This document shows, in pieces, positions 38,317 to 48,200 of a stretch of DNA of 64,000 nt; position 1 is the stretch's first letter; every line of letters starts with the position of its first letter. The stretch comes from a virus. The position numbers and the translations under genes are program-made. Location: positions 32,001 through 96,000 of the IMG/VR virus record IMGVR_UViG_3300036770_008166; one strand, written 5' to 3'. The notes beneath the pieces were generated by a model that saw only the letters and a list, made by a program, of their open reading frames with translations, was not told where the DNA came from and did no database searches.

Positions 38317-38618
38317 CGTTGACTACGCAGGCCTTCTGATTCAGTCAACCAGGCTGCCAGTTGTTCTTGCCAGCGCTGTTGGCTCAGCTGCATAAGTTCT
38401 GTCACTGTCACACGCACAGGATTTTGGTATAGATCCAGCAGCACTGCCTCTGTATCAGGACAGGTCAGCAGCGTGGTCTGCAGTTCGGGTCCAGCTCGCC
38501 ACATACCTCCGGCATGGGCGAACAGCATCTTGGCTTCGTATTTTTCTCGCAGGATGCGTTTCTGGCTTTCATGATCGAATCGGCTGCGGATGTGTTGGGT
38601 CAAGGCATCAGTATCCAT
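38313..38618 (-). CDS. hypothetical protein, first gene of the minus-strand modification operon
   Basis: 101-aa ORF directly after a consensus promoter. Confidence 0.75.
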   Translation of the reverse strand: MDTDALTQHIRSRFDHESQKRILREKYEAKMLFAHAGGMWRAGPELQTTLLTCPDTEAVLLDLYQNPVRVTVTELMQLSQQRWQEQLAAWLTESEGLRSQR

Positions 38619-38623
38619 GCCTT

Positions 38624-38652
38624 ATTATATATGGTTTTTTTGGCTAGGTCAA
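38624..38652 (-). promoter_or_regulatory. sigma70-type promoter TTGACC-N17-TATAAT heading the 38618-19120 gene run
   Basis: -35 at 38652-38647, -10 at 38629-38624, 5 nt before the ATG. Confidence 0.75.
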
Positions 38653-39618
38653 CTAGACTGTGGTGGCTGCCACAGTGGGCGTGCCCCAGGTATTGCTGAG
38701 ATAGGTGGTACTGGGTGGGAAATAGGTAACGATGGTACAGGGCGCTGTGCCCGGAGTGGCACCAGATGCGGCTGTTCCACCCGAGATAGCATCTCCGTCT
38801 GATGCAGACCAAAGCGTGGTTATCACCAGCTCAGTGGATGCTGCGTTTTTGGCCAGGCTATGCTGGATGAAGTTTGCGGTATAAGGTGCTGTGTCCGCAA
38901 ACTGCTTATACACTATGGTGGCCGCAGCACCCGCGGTAAGATCAAACCAGCCAGTGGTAGTCAGCAGGATATCAGGTGTGCCAGTACCGCCGATCTTGGT
39001 GGTTCCGGTGTAAGTTGTACCTGCGATGGTCTGGCTGTAGTCGCCACCGGTGATGTAGATGTCACCACAGAGAGTGTTGGCCAGATCGTTCCATTCAGGA
39101 TCTCCGACGTCACCAGTGGCTGTTTTGCTCACGTCGATCTTGATGGTGCCGCCGGCGTTGAAGAAATAACGGGCGGCATCGGCTGAAGCAAAAGTCACGG
39201 TGTTGGTAAAAGTGATGGTCCAAGTGGCGCCTGAAGTGGCAGTGGTCTTGGAGTTGGTACCGGTATAACCAGTGAATTGGCTGCCCTGAGCAGCAGCATT
39301 TCCACGATTGTTGTAGCAGTTGGTGATGTCTGTGTTCACAGCAGCCAGTATGGTTATTGTATCACCTGTGATCGGGGCAGAACGACTGGTGATGGTGGTT
39401 CCCTGATGATTAGCCATGGCAGCCACGGTGTTGACCAAGCTGGCCCACTGTGTGGCAGTGACTGTGCCTCCGGCAGACACAGTGGCAAGAGCAGTCTGGC
39501 CATAGCCTGCGCTGGTGGTGCCGGTGCTCCAGGTAGCATTGATATTTGCCCCTACCGTGGTACTCACAAAGCCGTTGTAGTCGGTGGCTTCGATTAGGCT
39601 GCCTGAAGTGTATGTCAT
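38653..39618 (-). CDS. Thr/Ala/Gly-rich putative virion (tail/fibre-associated) protein
   Basis: Composition, position after the fibre gene, and ARYFFNAGG motif. Confidence 0.6.
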   Translation of the reverse strand: MTYTSGSLIEATDYNGFVSTTVGANINATWSTGTTSAGYGQTALATVSAGGTVTATQWASLVNTVAAMANHQGTTITSRSAPITGDTITILAAVNTDITNCYNNRGNAAAQGSQFTGYTGTNSKTTATSGATWTITFTNTVTFASADAARYFFNAGGTIKIDVSKTATGDVGDPEWNDLANTLCGDIYITGGDYSQTIAGTTYTGTTKIGGTGTPDILLTTTGWFDLTAGAAATIVYKQFADTAPYTANFIQHSLAKNAASTELVITTLWSASDGDAISGGTAASGATPGTAPCTIVTYFPPSTTYLSNTWGTPTVAATTV

Positions 39619-39627
39619 GAGTCGCTC

Positions 39628-41430
39628 TTACTTGATAGTTACCACGGCTTCTACCGGACCCACATCTTCTGCGTGCTTGGATTCCAGTGCTCGACCGATC
39701 ACGTTGAAAGGAGTGGCTTCGCCTGGTCGTGCAGCACGTGCTATACCATCTCCGGCGGAGACCAATCTATCACCTTTGGCAACTGTACCAATGACCTTGA
39801 CCGGAACCCGGCCTGTCATGGCCACTGGAGGATGCGTATCATCCGCACCGGCACCACCATTCATGAGATAGGCAGCCCGGGTGCTGATCACACCAAACAC
39901 TTCATCGCTGAGTTCTCGGCGGGCACGTGTGATTTCTTGTGTGCCGCCCAGTTCTACCACTGTGCCTGGCTCCAGATACTCGTCCGCAGCGAAGCGTTCA
40001 GCCACGTCAGCGTACAAGGCAGATGTAGAAGTGGCGAATACCCTGTTGAAATAGTTAGAGGCCGATCCAATGTTGCCCACTGCATTGGCGCCGGTCTTGT
40101 CGATGCCGGCCACGGTGACATTGCCCACACTGAACACTGGTCCTGTTTGAGTGAACACAGCCACGTTTGATACGCCACCGATGGTGATATTGGCGTTGCC
40201 ACCGGGTGCACCAATGTTGCCTTCTGATGTACCATTGGAGAATTTGGTCACTGATACAGCAGCACTGAGTCCGGTGAGCTGGCTGCCGTTGCCAATGAAG
40301 AAAAACCCTGACCCTGCGGTGATGTTGCCTGCACTGGCTGTTATACTACCAGCGGCAGATACGAGTCCAGCTGTGCGTATGTTTCCGCCCTGCACATTGC
40401 CAGTGGCACTGATCACGGTGCCGTTAACAGTGGCACCGGTCACATTAGCCGCTGAGGTAATAGCGCCTGTGGCAGTGACCTGACCGGCCGTGATGATGTT
40501 GCCGCCGGTGATGTTGCCTGTGACTCCCAGTGTGGTACCCACTGTGGCAGCATTGCCTACAGCAAAGGTGCCGTTGCTGCCCAGGGCTTGGGCCACATTG
40601 TGTACGGTTCCGCCTACATTGGCTCGGAATACAAGATTGCCGCCGGATATGTTGGCCCCAACCAAGGCATCATTGCTGCTCTGAGATACGCTGACTGCAT
40701 TGGTTGCACCCACAAACAGGCCGGAATTGTTCAACACACTCAACACGCCCGTGGTGCTGGTGGTAGTATCGCTGCGCATGAATTGGCTGCTGGCCAGGCT
40801 GTTCAAGAACGAAGCGTTGTTGGCAGTGCCTTCGTAGCGTGCACCAGACACCGAAGAACTCAACGTGATGCCGGGATAAATGGTTGGGAATGCGGCCAGC
40901 AGGCTGACCTGTGGTACGAATTGCGCTTCTTTGGAAACCATGCCCACTCTGATGTTGTCCACATAGAGGCTGGTCACTTCCTTGTCGGCTCCAACTGAGT
41001 CTTGTATGGTCTCGGGTATAGCACCGCTGACGCCTTGGCTGGCACTGTAGGCAGGGCCAATCACTATGAATGCGGCTCCGGTCCAGGCCTTGAGCTGTTG
41101 ATTGGTGGTGTCATACCAAAGATCACCTGTGACGTTGGATGTGGGCGCTGATGCTGACGCTGTAGCAGCTGAAATTGTCTTGAATGTGGAACCGTTGTAG
41201 ACTTTGAGCAGACCATTGGCCTTGTCCCACCAGAGCTGGCCGGTCAAGGGTGCGGGCGGTGCTGTGTTGTTGGAGCTGTTTTCCAGCAGATGTATGAAGT
41301 TGGTATCAAGGAAGTCACCATAACCTGCGTAGTTTTTACCTATCAAGGTCATGGAACTGCTGGTGTTGACAGTGCCATCTGCCACAGTAGCAAAAACTGT
41401 GCCGTCGGTCAGTGTGATCGTATATGCCAT
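39628..41430 (-). CDS. tail fibre protein with C-terminal intramolecular chaperone/autocleavage (peptidase G2-like) domain
   Basis: GQLWWD/GDLWYD motifs, GN(I/V)xGGN beta-repeats, C-terminal YADVAERF...GVIST...GRVPVKV.G.V.KGD.LVS. Confidence 0.8.
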   Translation of the reverse strand: MAYTITLTDGTVFATVADGTVNTSSSMTLIGKNYAGYGDFLDTNFIHLLENSSNNTAPPAPLTGQLWWDKANGLLKVYNGSTFKTISAATASASAPTSNVTGDLWYDTTNQQLKAWTGAAFIVIGPAYSASQGVSGAIPETIQDSVGADKEVTSLYVDNIRVGMVSKEAQFVPQVSLLAAFPTIYPGITLSSSVSGARYEGTANNASFLNSLASSQFMRSDTTTSTTGVLSVLNNSGLFVGATNAVSVSQSSNDALVGANISGGNLVFRANVGGTVHNVAQALGSNGTFAVGNAATVGTTLGVTGNITGGNIITAGQVTATGAITSAANVTGATVNGTVISATGNVQGGNIRTAGLVSAAGSITASAGNITAGSGFFFIGNGSQLTGLSAAVSVTKFSNGTSEGNIGAPGGNANITIGGVSNVAVFTQTGPVFSVGNVTVAGIDKTGANAVGNIGSASNYFNRVFATSTSALYADVAERFAADEYLEPGTVVELGGTQEITRARRELSDEVFGVISTRAAYLMNGGAGADDTHPPVAMTGRVPVKVIGTVAKGDRLVSAGDGIARAARPGEATPFNVIGRALESKHAEDVGPVEAVVTIK

Positions 41431-41456
41431 ATCGGTTTACCTATTCCTGTGTTGCG

Positions 41457-41464
41457 TATTTATA
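41457..41464 (-). promoter_or_regulatory. T4-type late promoter TATAAATA
   Basis: Exact T4 late consensus 26 nt upstream of the fibre ATG. Confidence 0.75.
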
Positions 41465-42065
41465 CAGCATTGATGTTGCTCAGCGTTTGGATGCGCAGAG
41501 TGTAGTCAATCTGTATCTGCCTGTTGAGGCTCTTTTGTACCGGGTGGAAGATCACATGTGTGATCAGGCGCAGATCTGTGACGCTGCCGTTCCAGGCCTT
41601 TAGGCCCAGCTCGTCAAACACAAATTCACCGTTGAAATTGGTTGAATTGTCAAAGGCCTGCTGCTGCGGAGGTTCTCCGTAGTCCAACAGGCACTGCACC
41701 AGGATGTCAGTGTAGACTGTGCCCGATGTGTGCAGCACAGTCATTTTATTGTTGAGCGGATCTGTGTCTGCGGCCGAATTATCGTTGACCACTTTGGCAT
41801 AGGTTTCGTTGTAGAGATCCGCGTTCTGACCAGTGGTATTGGGTGGCAGATACGTGATCACACCAGTGGGATCAACCGAACTTCCGCCGTTGCCGAACGC
41901 CATTTCGTAGATGTAGCCCACATTGCGATCGCCGAGAGTCTGTGCCAGCGCGATGCTCATGTTTTCGTAGTGTATGGCATTTTTTTTGTCTACCAGCACT
42001 TCACCGGTGTTTGGGTCGTGGATGCGCACGAAACCCTCTATCTTGCACAGTCCTGGCAGGATCAT
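41460..42065 (-). CDS. putative baseplate/tail structural protein
   Basis: 201 aa in the structural module; MAFGNGG and FDELGL motifs. Confidence 0.6.
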   Translation of the reverse strand: MILPGLCKIEGFVRIHDPNTGEVLVDKKNAIHYENMSIALAQTLGDRNVGYIYEMAFGNGGSSVDPTGVITYLPPNTTGQNADLYNETYAKVVNDNSAADTDPLNNKMTVLHTSGTVYTDILVQCLLDYGEPPQQQAFDNSTNFNGEFVFDELGLKAWNGSVTDLRLITHVIFHPVQKSLNRQIQIDYTLRIQTLSNINAV

Positions 42066-42211
42066 GCCCGACCCTCCACGATGGTGCGCTGGGTCTTGGG
42101 GTCAAAAATGCGGAAATGCGCTTGCACAGCGATCACACCCGCGTCGTTGGGGCGTGCCTGTGGTGACCCGGCCGGGCTGTTAGGGTGTTGACTAGGTTGT
42201 TGATGTGCCAT
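42062..42211 (-). CDS. 49-aa protein MAHQQ...PNDAGVIAVQAHFRIFDPKTQRTIVEGRA (not in the ORF track)
   Basis: Fills the gap between two genes, has TAAATA 7 nt upstream and an ATGA overlap with the next gene. Confidence 0.7.
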   Translation of the reverse strand: MAHQQPSQHPNSPAGSPQARPNDAGVIAVQAHFRIFDPKTQRTIVEGRA

Positions 42212-42218
42212 GATCGTT

Positions 42219-42224
42219 TATTTA
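42219..42224 (-). promoter_or_regulatory. putative late promoter core TAAATA
   Basis: In the 20-nt intergenic gap. Confidence 0.6.
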
Positions 42225-42231
42225 TCCTGCG

Positions 42232-45200
42232 TTATCTGTCGGTCAAGAACCTGGCTGCTGCGCTTGGATTTTCTTGCAAGGCCTGCTCTCGTTCAGCCTG
42301 GGTCCTGATATCATACCACCAAAGGCCGCGGCGCTGCAATATGGTGACTTCCACTCCCGATGGTGGAGCCAAATCTGGATCCACTGGGCTGTCATCTGTG
42401 ATGAATTCCACAGCCAGCGGCCCAAAATCTGTCACGATCCAGGGGTATTCGCTCACAGTGCCGGAACCGAATCTGTACTGTCTCACACCACCCACAAATA
42501 CCTCGATGCTGTCTACATAGGTAGTGCTGCTGTCTCCGTAGTCAGTGATATCAATGCTGGGCGCATAGAATATGGTGGTGCTGCCATCGCCCACAGATGC
42601 GTCGCTAACGACCTGATCTTGATATGCACCATTCAAGAGATTGCCGTTGCCGATGTTGTACACCGTGGAGCCTGTGGCATGGTCCGCGATGGCAGTTCCA
42701 GATGCTCCCCTGCGCAGGCCAGACAGCGTGTTGGTTGCCTGGTCTCGCACACGATAGGTTATGCGTTCTGCACCAATGGTGATCTGACCGAACACGCCCA
42801 CACTCAGCTGTGGTTCGGTCATGCCTAACACGGACACAACATGGATCACATCATCTGAGATGCTCAAAGGTTGTGTGAGCTGGGTAGTGGTGGCCGCTGT
42901 CATACGATAAGTGGCCTGTAGGCCTCGCATGTCCTGGAATATACGGAAAGCAGCTGCCTCGGGCACTATGGAAGGGGTAAATTCTGTCACCACCAAGATC
43001 TGATCGCTGGCGATGGCACCAGAGGCCAACACCAGCTCTGTGCCTACCACGGTGAAATCCTGGCCTTCATACTTTCGCAAACCATCCAACGTGACCAACA
43101 AGCGGTTGGCCGTGATGTCAGATCTGCCTAGATCGAATCGATTTTGTGTGGTGACAGTTGCGGTACTGAAGTCAAAAGAGCCCGGCGTGTTGTTGGTGTT
43201 GGCCGCATCAAAAGGCTGGCTGTCGTAGGGTTCCACGATGGGGAAAGAAGTCTGCACCGGCCCGTAGAACACCAAGGTCACGATGTCTTGCTCTGCGGTG
43301 TCGTTCCAAGTGGTCACTGCGTAAAGATCACCCAGATTGGGTCGAGTCACCAATACCAAATCATTGCCCACGATGTTGTAGTCGGCTTCGGTAGACACTG
43401 TGATCAAGATACGGGCACCCGGCGTGGGAGGTTCGGTGAACACAACCTGGCGTCCAGGTGTATTGCTGCCCGTCCAAGGTGTCACGCTGTAATCGCCGAT
43501 AAATGCTCCAATGCTCTGGGTCTGCAGCACATCATCCACCCAGACCTGGATGTCGGTTATGGCATTGATCGAGCTCTGCAAGAAGGATTCACCAAGACGC
43601 TGGGGTAATCCATATGAAACATTGAGGGTGCTGTCGTCCTGAGGTTCATCGTCTGCCCGCCACTGTATGCCTGCCGGAGGTGTCAGTCTCTCGCCATTGC
43701 GTGTGACGATCATGTTGGCAGGATTGGTGCCGCCGATGTAGTTTGACAGTTCAAAACCAAAGTTGGTCACAGTGGCAGCAGTGGCCACATGATACTGGCG
43801 CTGCGGTGTGCTCCAAGAGTAGACACTGGTGGCTGTGCCAGATCCCGAACCGGGTCCAGTGGCCACAAATGATTCGCCCACTGTGTTGGTAGCAGCGCCT
43901 ACAGCAGTAAAATCTGTGTTGCCCAAGCTCTCTATGGTGTAACTGCGTCCGGTGACGAAATCTCCCGCGGTAGTGGTCTGGGCACCCAACACTACCACAG
44001 CGATGCCATCTGTGGCTGCAGGCGGCAGCGCCATGATCACTTCGCTCTGTAAGGTGGGCACAAAGTTCAGCCAATAGGCCGTGTCTGTGATGACTTCTCC
44101 GGCGGGCACGGCCTGGACGGATCTGTAATACTGACCTGCGTTGTTGACCACGGTGTTGCGTGGATAGGCCACCAAGATATTCCAGGCCACAGAATCGATG
44201 TAAGGCTGCCAGGTAGCCGGGGTGATCACTTCTTCACCGTTCTGCAGTATGGCCACTGACTGTATCTGTTCGGCATCCACGGGTACCAGGAACCTACCTG
44301 TGGGTATTTGGCTGCCCACGTAGTTGGCACGGTACAGCTGGCTTCCACCGCCTAACTCGAACGCTATCACATTCACCAGATCGCCATCCAGAACACCGGC
44401 TCCAGCGATGATGTCCACGGTCTGCGCTGTCCAGTCTATGGTATAGTCTACATCCAAGGCCAAGGCCAGGCCAGTGGTCTGATTGCTGACCAAGACCTGT
44501 GCTGGAAATTCCACCAGATTGGCAAAACTGATGGATGACGCCAAGATAGCATCATACACTGCGTTCACCGCTGACAGCTGGAATCCGTGACCATCCAACT
44601 GCCAGTCTGAACCTGGTCTGGTAAACACGCGTATGTCTACAGTGTCGTATTCGCTGCCGTTGACCAGTTCTTCGGGTGCATGCCCTTCATAGGGTCCGAT
44701 GAATTCGCCTCCGTTCACGTTGATGTCAGACACCCTGGTGCCCAACAGTTGATCAGTGAAGCTGCTGCGATAGTCTGCATCCAACAACAGATCATAGTAG
44801 TAGATCTGCCAGTATTCCTGATCGGTGGGCAGGCGTGCCGGTGGTACTTCGCGCAGACTGAGATAGTACGAACCCAGATACAGCACTATGGCACGCGCAG
44901 GATAGCTGTTGGCCGGATCGTAAGCGGGTGCATTAATGGGAGCGAAATGACGGCCAAAGACCTGTACTCCAGGATAATCCACGCCGGTGATCAGTTGTGC
45001 CAGCTCCAGGCCTGGTGAATTCACACCTGGCTGATACAGTCCCATGGTGCGATCTGGGCCTGTGATATAAGGAGTTATGGGCAGGCCTGTGTCAGGATTG
45101 ATGGCCAATTCATAGTAGTTTTCCTGTGCATTGAAAGCCAATACCAGCTGAGCCGGGTCTACCAAGGTCCAATCCTCTAGGCTGAATTCCGGACCGATCA

Positions 45201-48200
45201 CAGCGCTGCTGCCGTCCGCACTGTCGGCGCGCCAGATCTGATCTAGATAACGGGCCAAGGTGCCATTGATATAGAGCTGATCTGGACTCCATTCCTGTAT
45301 CAAGGACAGATACTGTATGCGATCGTAGCGCATAGTGGTGCGGAATTGTCGGATCACTGCATTGCTGAGACGCGCATAGGCGGCTGCACCCGAGCCGTTG
45401 CCGCCCGTGAACGTTATCACAGGGCTGTCACGATAGCCAGATCCTGTGGATGTCACGTTGACCGCTATCACTTGACCACTGCTGTTGATCACGGCCACTG
45501 CCGTGGCCGGTACCGTGGCGTCGCCGGTGATCGAAACCACCGGCGCTTCGGTATAGCCCGATCCACCGCTGGTCACGGCTATGGTATCTAGATCCAGCAG
45601 ATAGTTGTTGAACCACTGGGTATAGGGCCAGGTCTGCCATACTGAGGATGTGGCAGGTGTGTCGCTGAGGTTGTTGCTGACCTGTGCAGTGCCGGCCTCA
45701 TAGGGCAGCAAGATAGGGCTGGTAAACTGCGGTACCGTGAGACTGGTATTGAAATAGGCCGGCACATCAAAGTCAGTGACATCGCCTTGATACTGGTCAA
45801 ATCCAAAATATTTGAGATTGAATTCACGAATCTGTACATGATAGGGCTTGACTTCCTGGATGTAGTCCAGCACGAATTCTTGGTTGTCTCTCACGAAATT
45901 CTGGAACGGAAACAGTTCACGTATGCGATGGTCAACGTCTATCAAGCTGGTTTTTACCAACCATTCTGGCGCAGCAAATTCTGTGAGCACATAATTGAAA
46001 GTCAGGGTCAGCAGGCGATTGCGTTCTATCAACAGGTCATCGATAAAGATCTCCTGATTGAGAGCCTGCAGTATGCGACGCGTTTCTGTGGTGGGTTCTG
46101 CATCAAAATACTGCAGATCAAACACTTCGGTGTCAAAACCAAACACGTTGGTACCGTTGCCGCCAAAACTGTAGTCGTAGATCACGGGCGATATCTCGAT
46201 GGTACCTTGTTCCAATCCTACCCTTTGCCAACCAGTGTCGGTGCGCAGATAGATTTCAAACCGGCCCTGCGCGTTGGCCGTGACCTTGACGCTGCTGCCG
46301 GTGGGCACAGTGATGGTTTCCAGGCTGGCAACATTGGGCACTTCCAGCACAGGTTTGATCGATGAGTTGTAGCCGGGTTGATACCAGTCAATGAAGTCCC
46401 AATAAAACGGTGTATAGTAGTTCTGCACCTTGGTCAGCGTGAGCACACGATTGCCGGGCACAGAGCCGGAATCCACAGTGTAGATGGTCCACAGTCCACG
46501 CTGGCTGCTGTCCGACTCTACCAGATAACGATAGCCCAGCGGCACGGCATAGATGTCCTGGAAACCCAGGATCTCGAGATTGGCCACCCTTTGGTTCCAT
46601 TCGCCCGAGCTGGCAGTGGGTTCAGGATCGGTGCTGTTCAACAAGGCCAGAGAACGCGTCTCAGTGATGGGATAGCGTCGCATCACTTCGTTGGCCCTGG
46701 TGATATAGTTGCGCAAGGCAGCAAATCGATCAGTGAACATGCTCTGGCGAGGCCGGAACTGCACCCCATATCTTTCAGCCGGACTCAGACCAAGATCAGG
46801 CACTCGGTTGCCCGCGGTGTCGAATCCAGTGAAACTGTCCAGCAGCTTGCGATAGAGATTGTCACTGAGGAATCCGTCGGCGCGATCCTGCGGTATCAGT
46901 TCGTATTCCACATGCACATTGTCGCTGTTGAGTTCGCGATCAAATTCTATGTGCAGCACAGTGTCCTGTGCTTCGATCAAGGTCTCGCAGTTGTAGATGG
47001 CCACAGTGCTGGCGTTCAATGGAGCCAGGTAAGCGATACCGGTGGATCTTGGATCTTGGATGTAGCGAGCCACAGTGTCCACGCTGAGGGTTTTTCCTTG
47101 CCGGGTTGCCACGGTGGTGAGACCTCGCACCCAGAAGAAATATCTGGTCAGGAACGTGCCCTCTTGGCTCAGCAGGGTTTTGACACTGAAACTTACGGTG
47201 CTGAAAGGCGTTCCGGGACCGGTGTATTCTGCCGGAGATTGATCGCTTTCGATCCACTGGTACACATCTATGCTGCTGCCGGGGAACACCTGGCCCCAGC
47301 GTCGCGCTGTATAGGTGATGTTGTCTTGATTGGGATCAATGAACCGCACACTGGAAGTATCCCACCAGACTTGTCCAACATTTGTTTCGGACCAGGTAGT
47401 GCCCAACAACCTGGCGGGTCCTGCGTTGTATGAAGCAGGATCTACGCTGCCGATGTAGTCAATGTTCTGGCGCGCAGCGCCCAGGATCTTGCCCTGCAGC
47501 GGATTGAAAAAGTCCAGGAATTCTGTCGTGGCCGAGGTCACACGATCGTACAAGAAAACAGAATTCAGCAGCCGTATGTCCACTGTGTCCTGCTGTACAT
47601 AGATAGGCACCCAGGCCGCTGACCTAGACGCATTCTCGAAAATGTATACCTGGCCAAAATCTGCCTGTTGCGAATCACCGATGTCGCTGCCCGGCGCACC
47701 CACCCACAGCAGACCATCTCGGTAGTCTAGCGCGGTGCCAAATTCTGCGAGATAATCCACGCTGTTCACGAAGATCTGCTGCGCGAAAACCAGCTGTGCT
47801 GGATTGGTAATACCTGGTGCCACACTGCCGGCGAGATTGAACACATAGACCACGCCGCTCTGATCTATGTCAGTAAAGAATTCTGTGGCGCCCAGATCGA
47901 AAACAGTGGTGCCGTCGTCGAAGATCTGGATGATGTACATGGTGCCGGCGGGCGTTCCCACTGCCAGTTCGCTGGCATCCGAGGACACCGAAAGGCTTGA
48001 ACCAAAAGCCGCATATTCTCTGGCATAGGGACTCTGCACAGTCTGTGTGAAATAGTAAACTTCAAAGCCGAGATCGTAGAATGCGGTGCCTTGGCTGCCG
48101 GGCAGTACCTGCAGTTTGTTGAAAGGCTCAGCGGCTGACACATTGGTCACGCTGAGCTGCAGGAGACCGTCGATCACGCTGGCAGTCACATTGGGCACAT

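Noticed and set aside
10753-38618. Interpretation as a bacterial LPS/capsule locus
   Set aside because: No flippase, polymerase or export genes; contiguous with phage baseplate genes and sharing the promoter motifs found elsewhere in the window.
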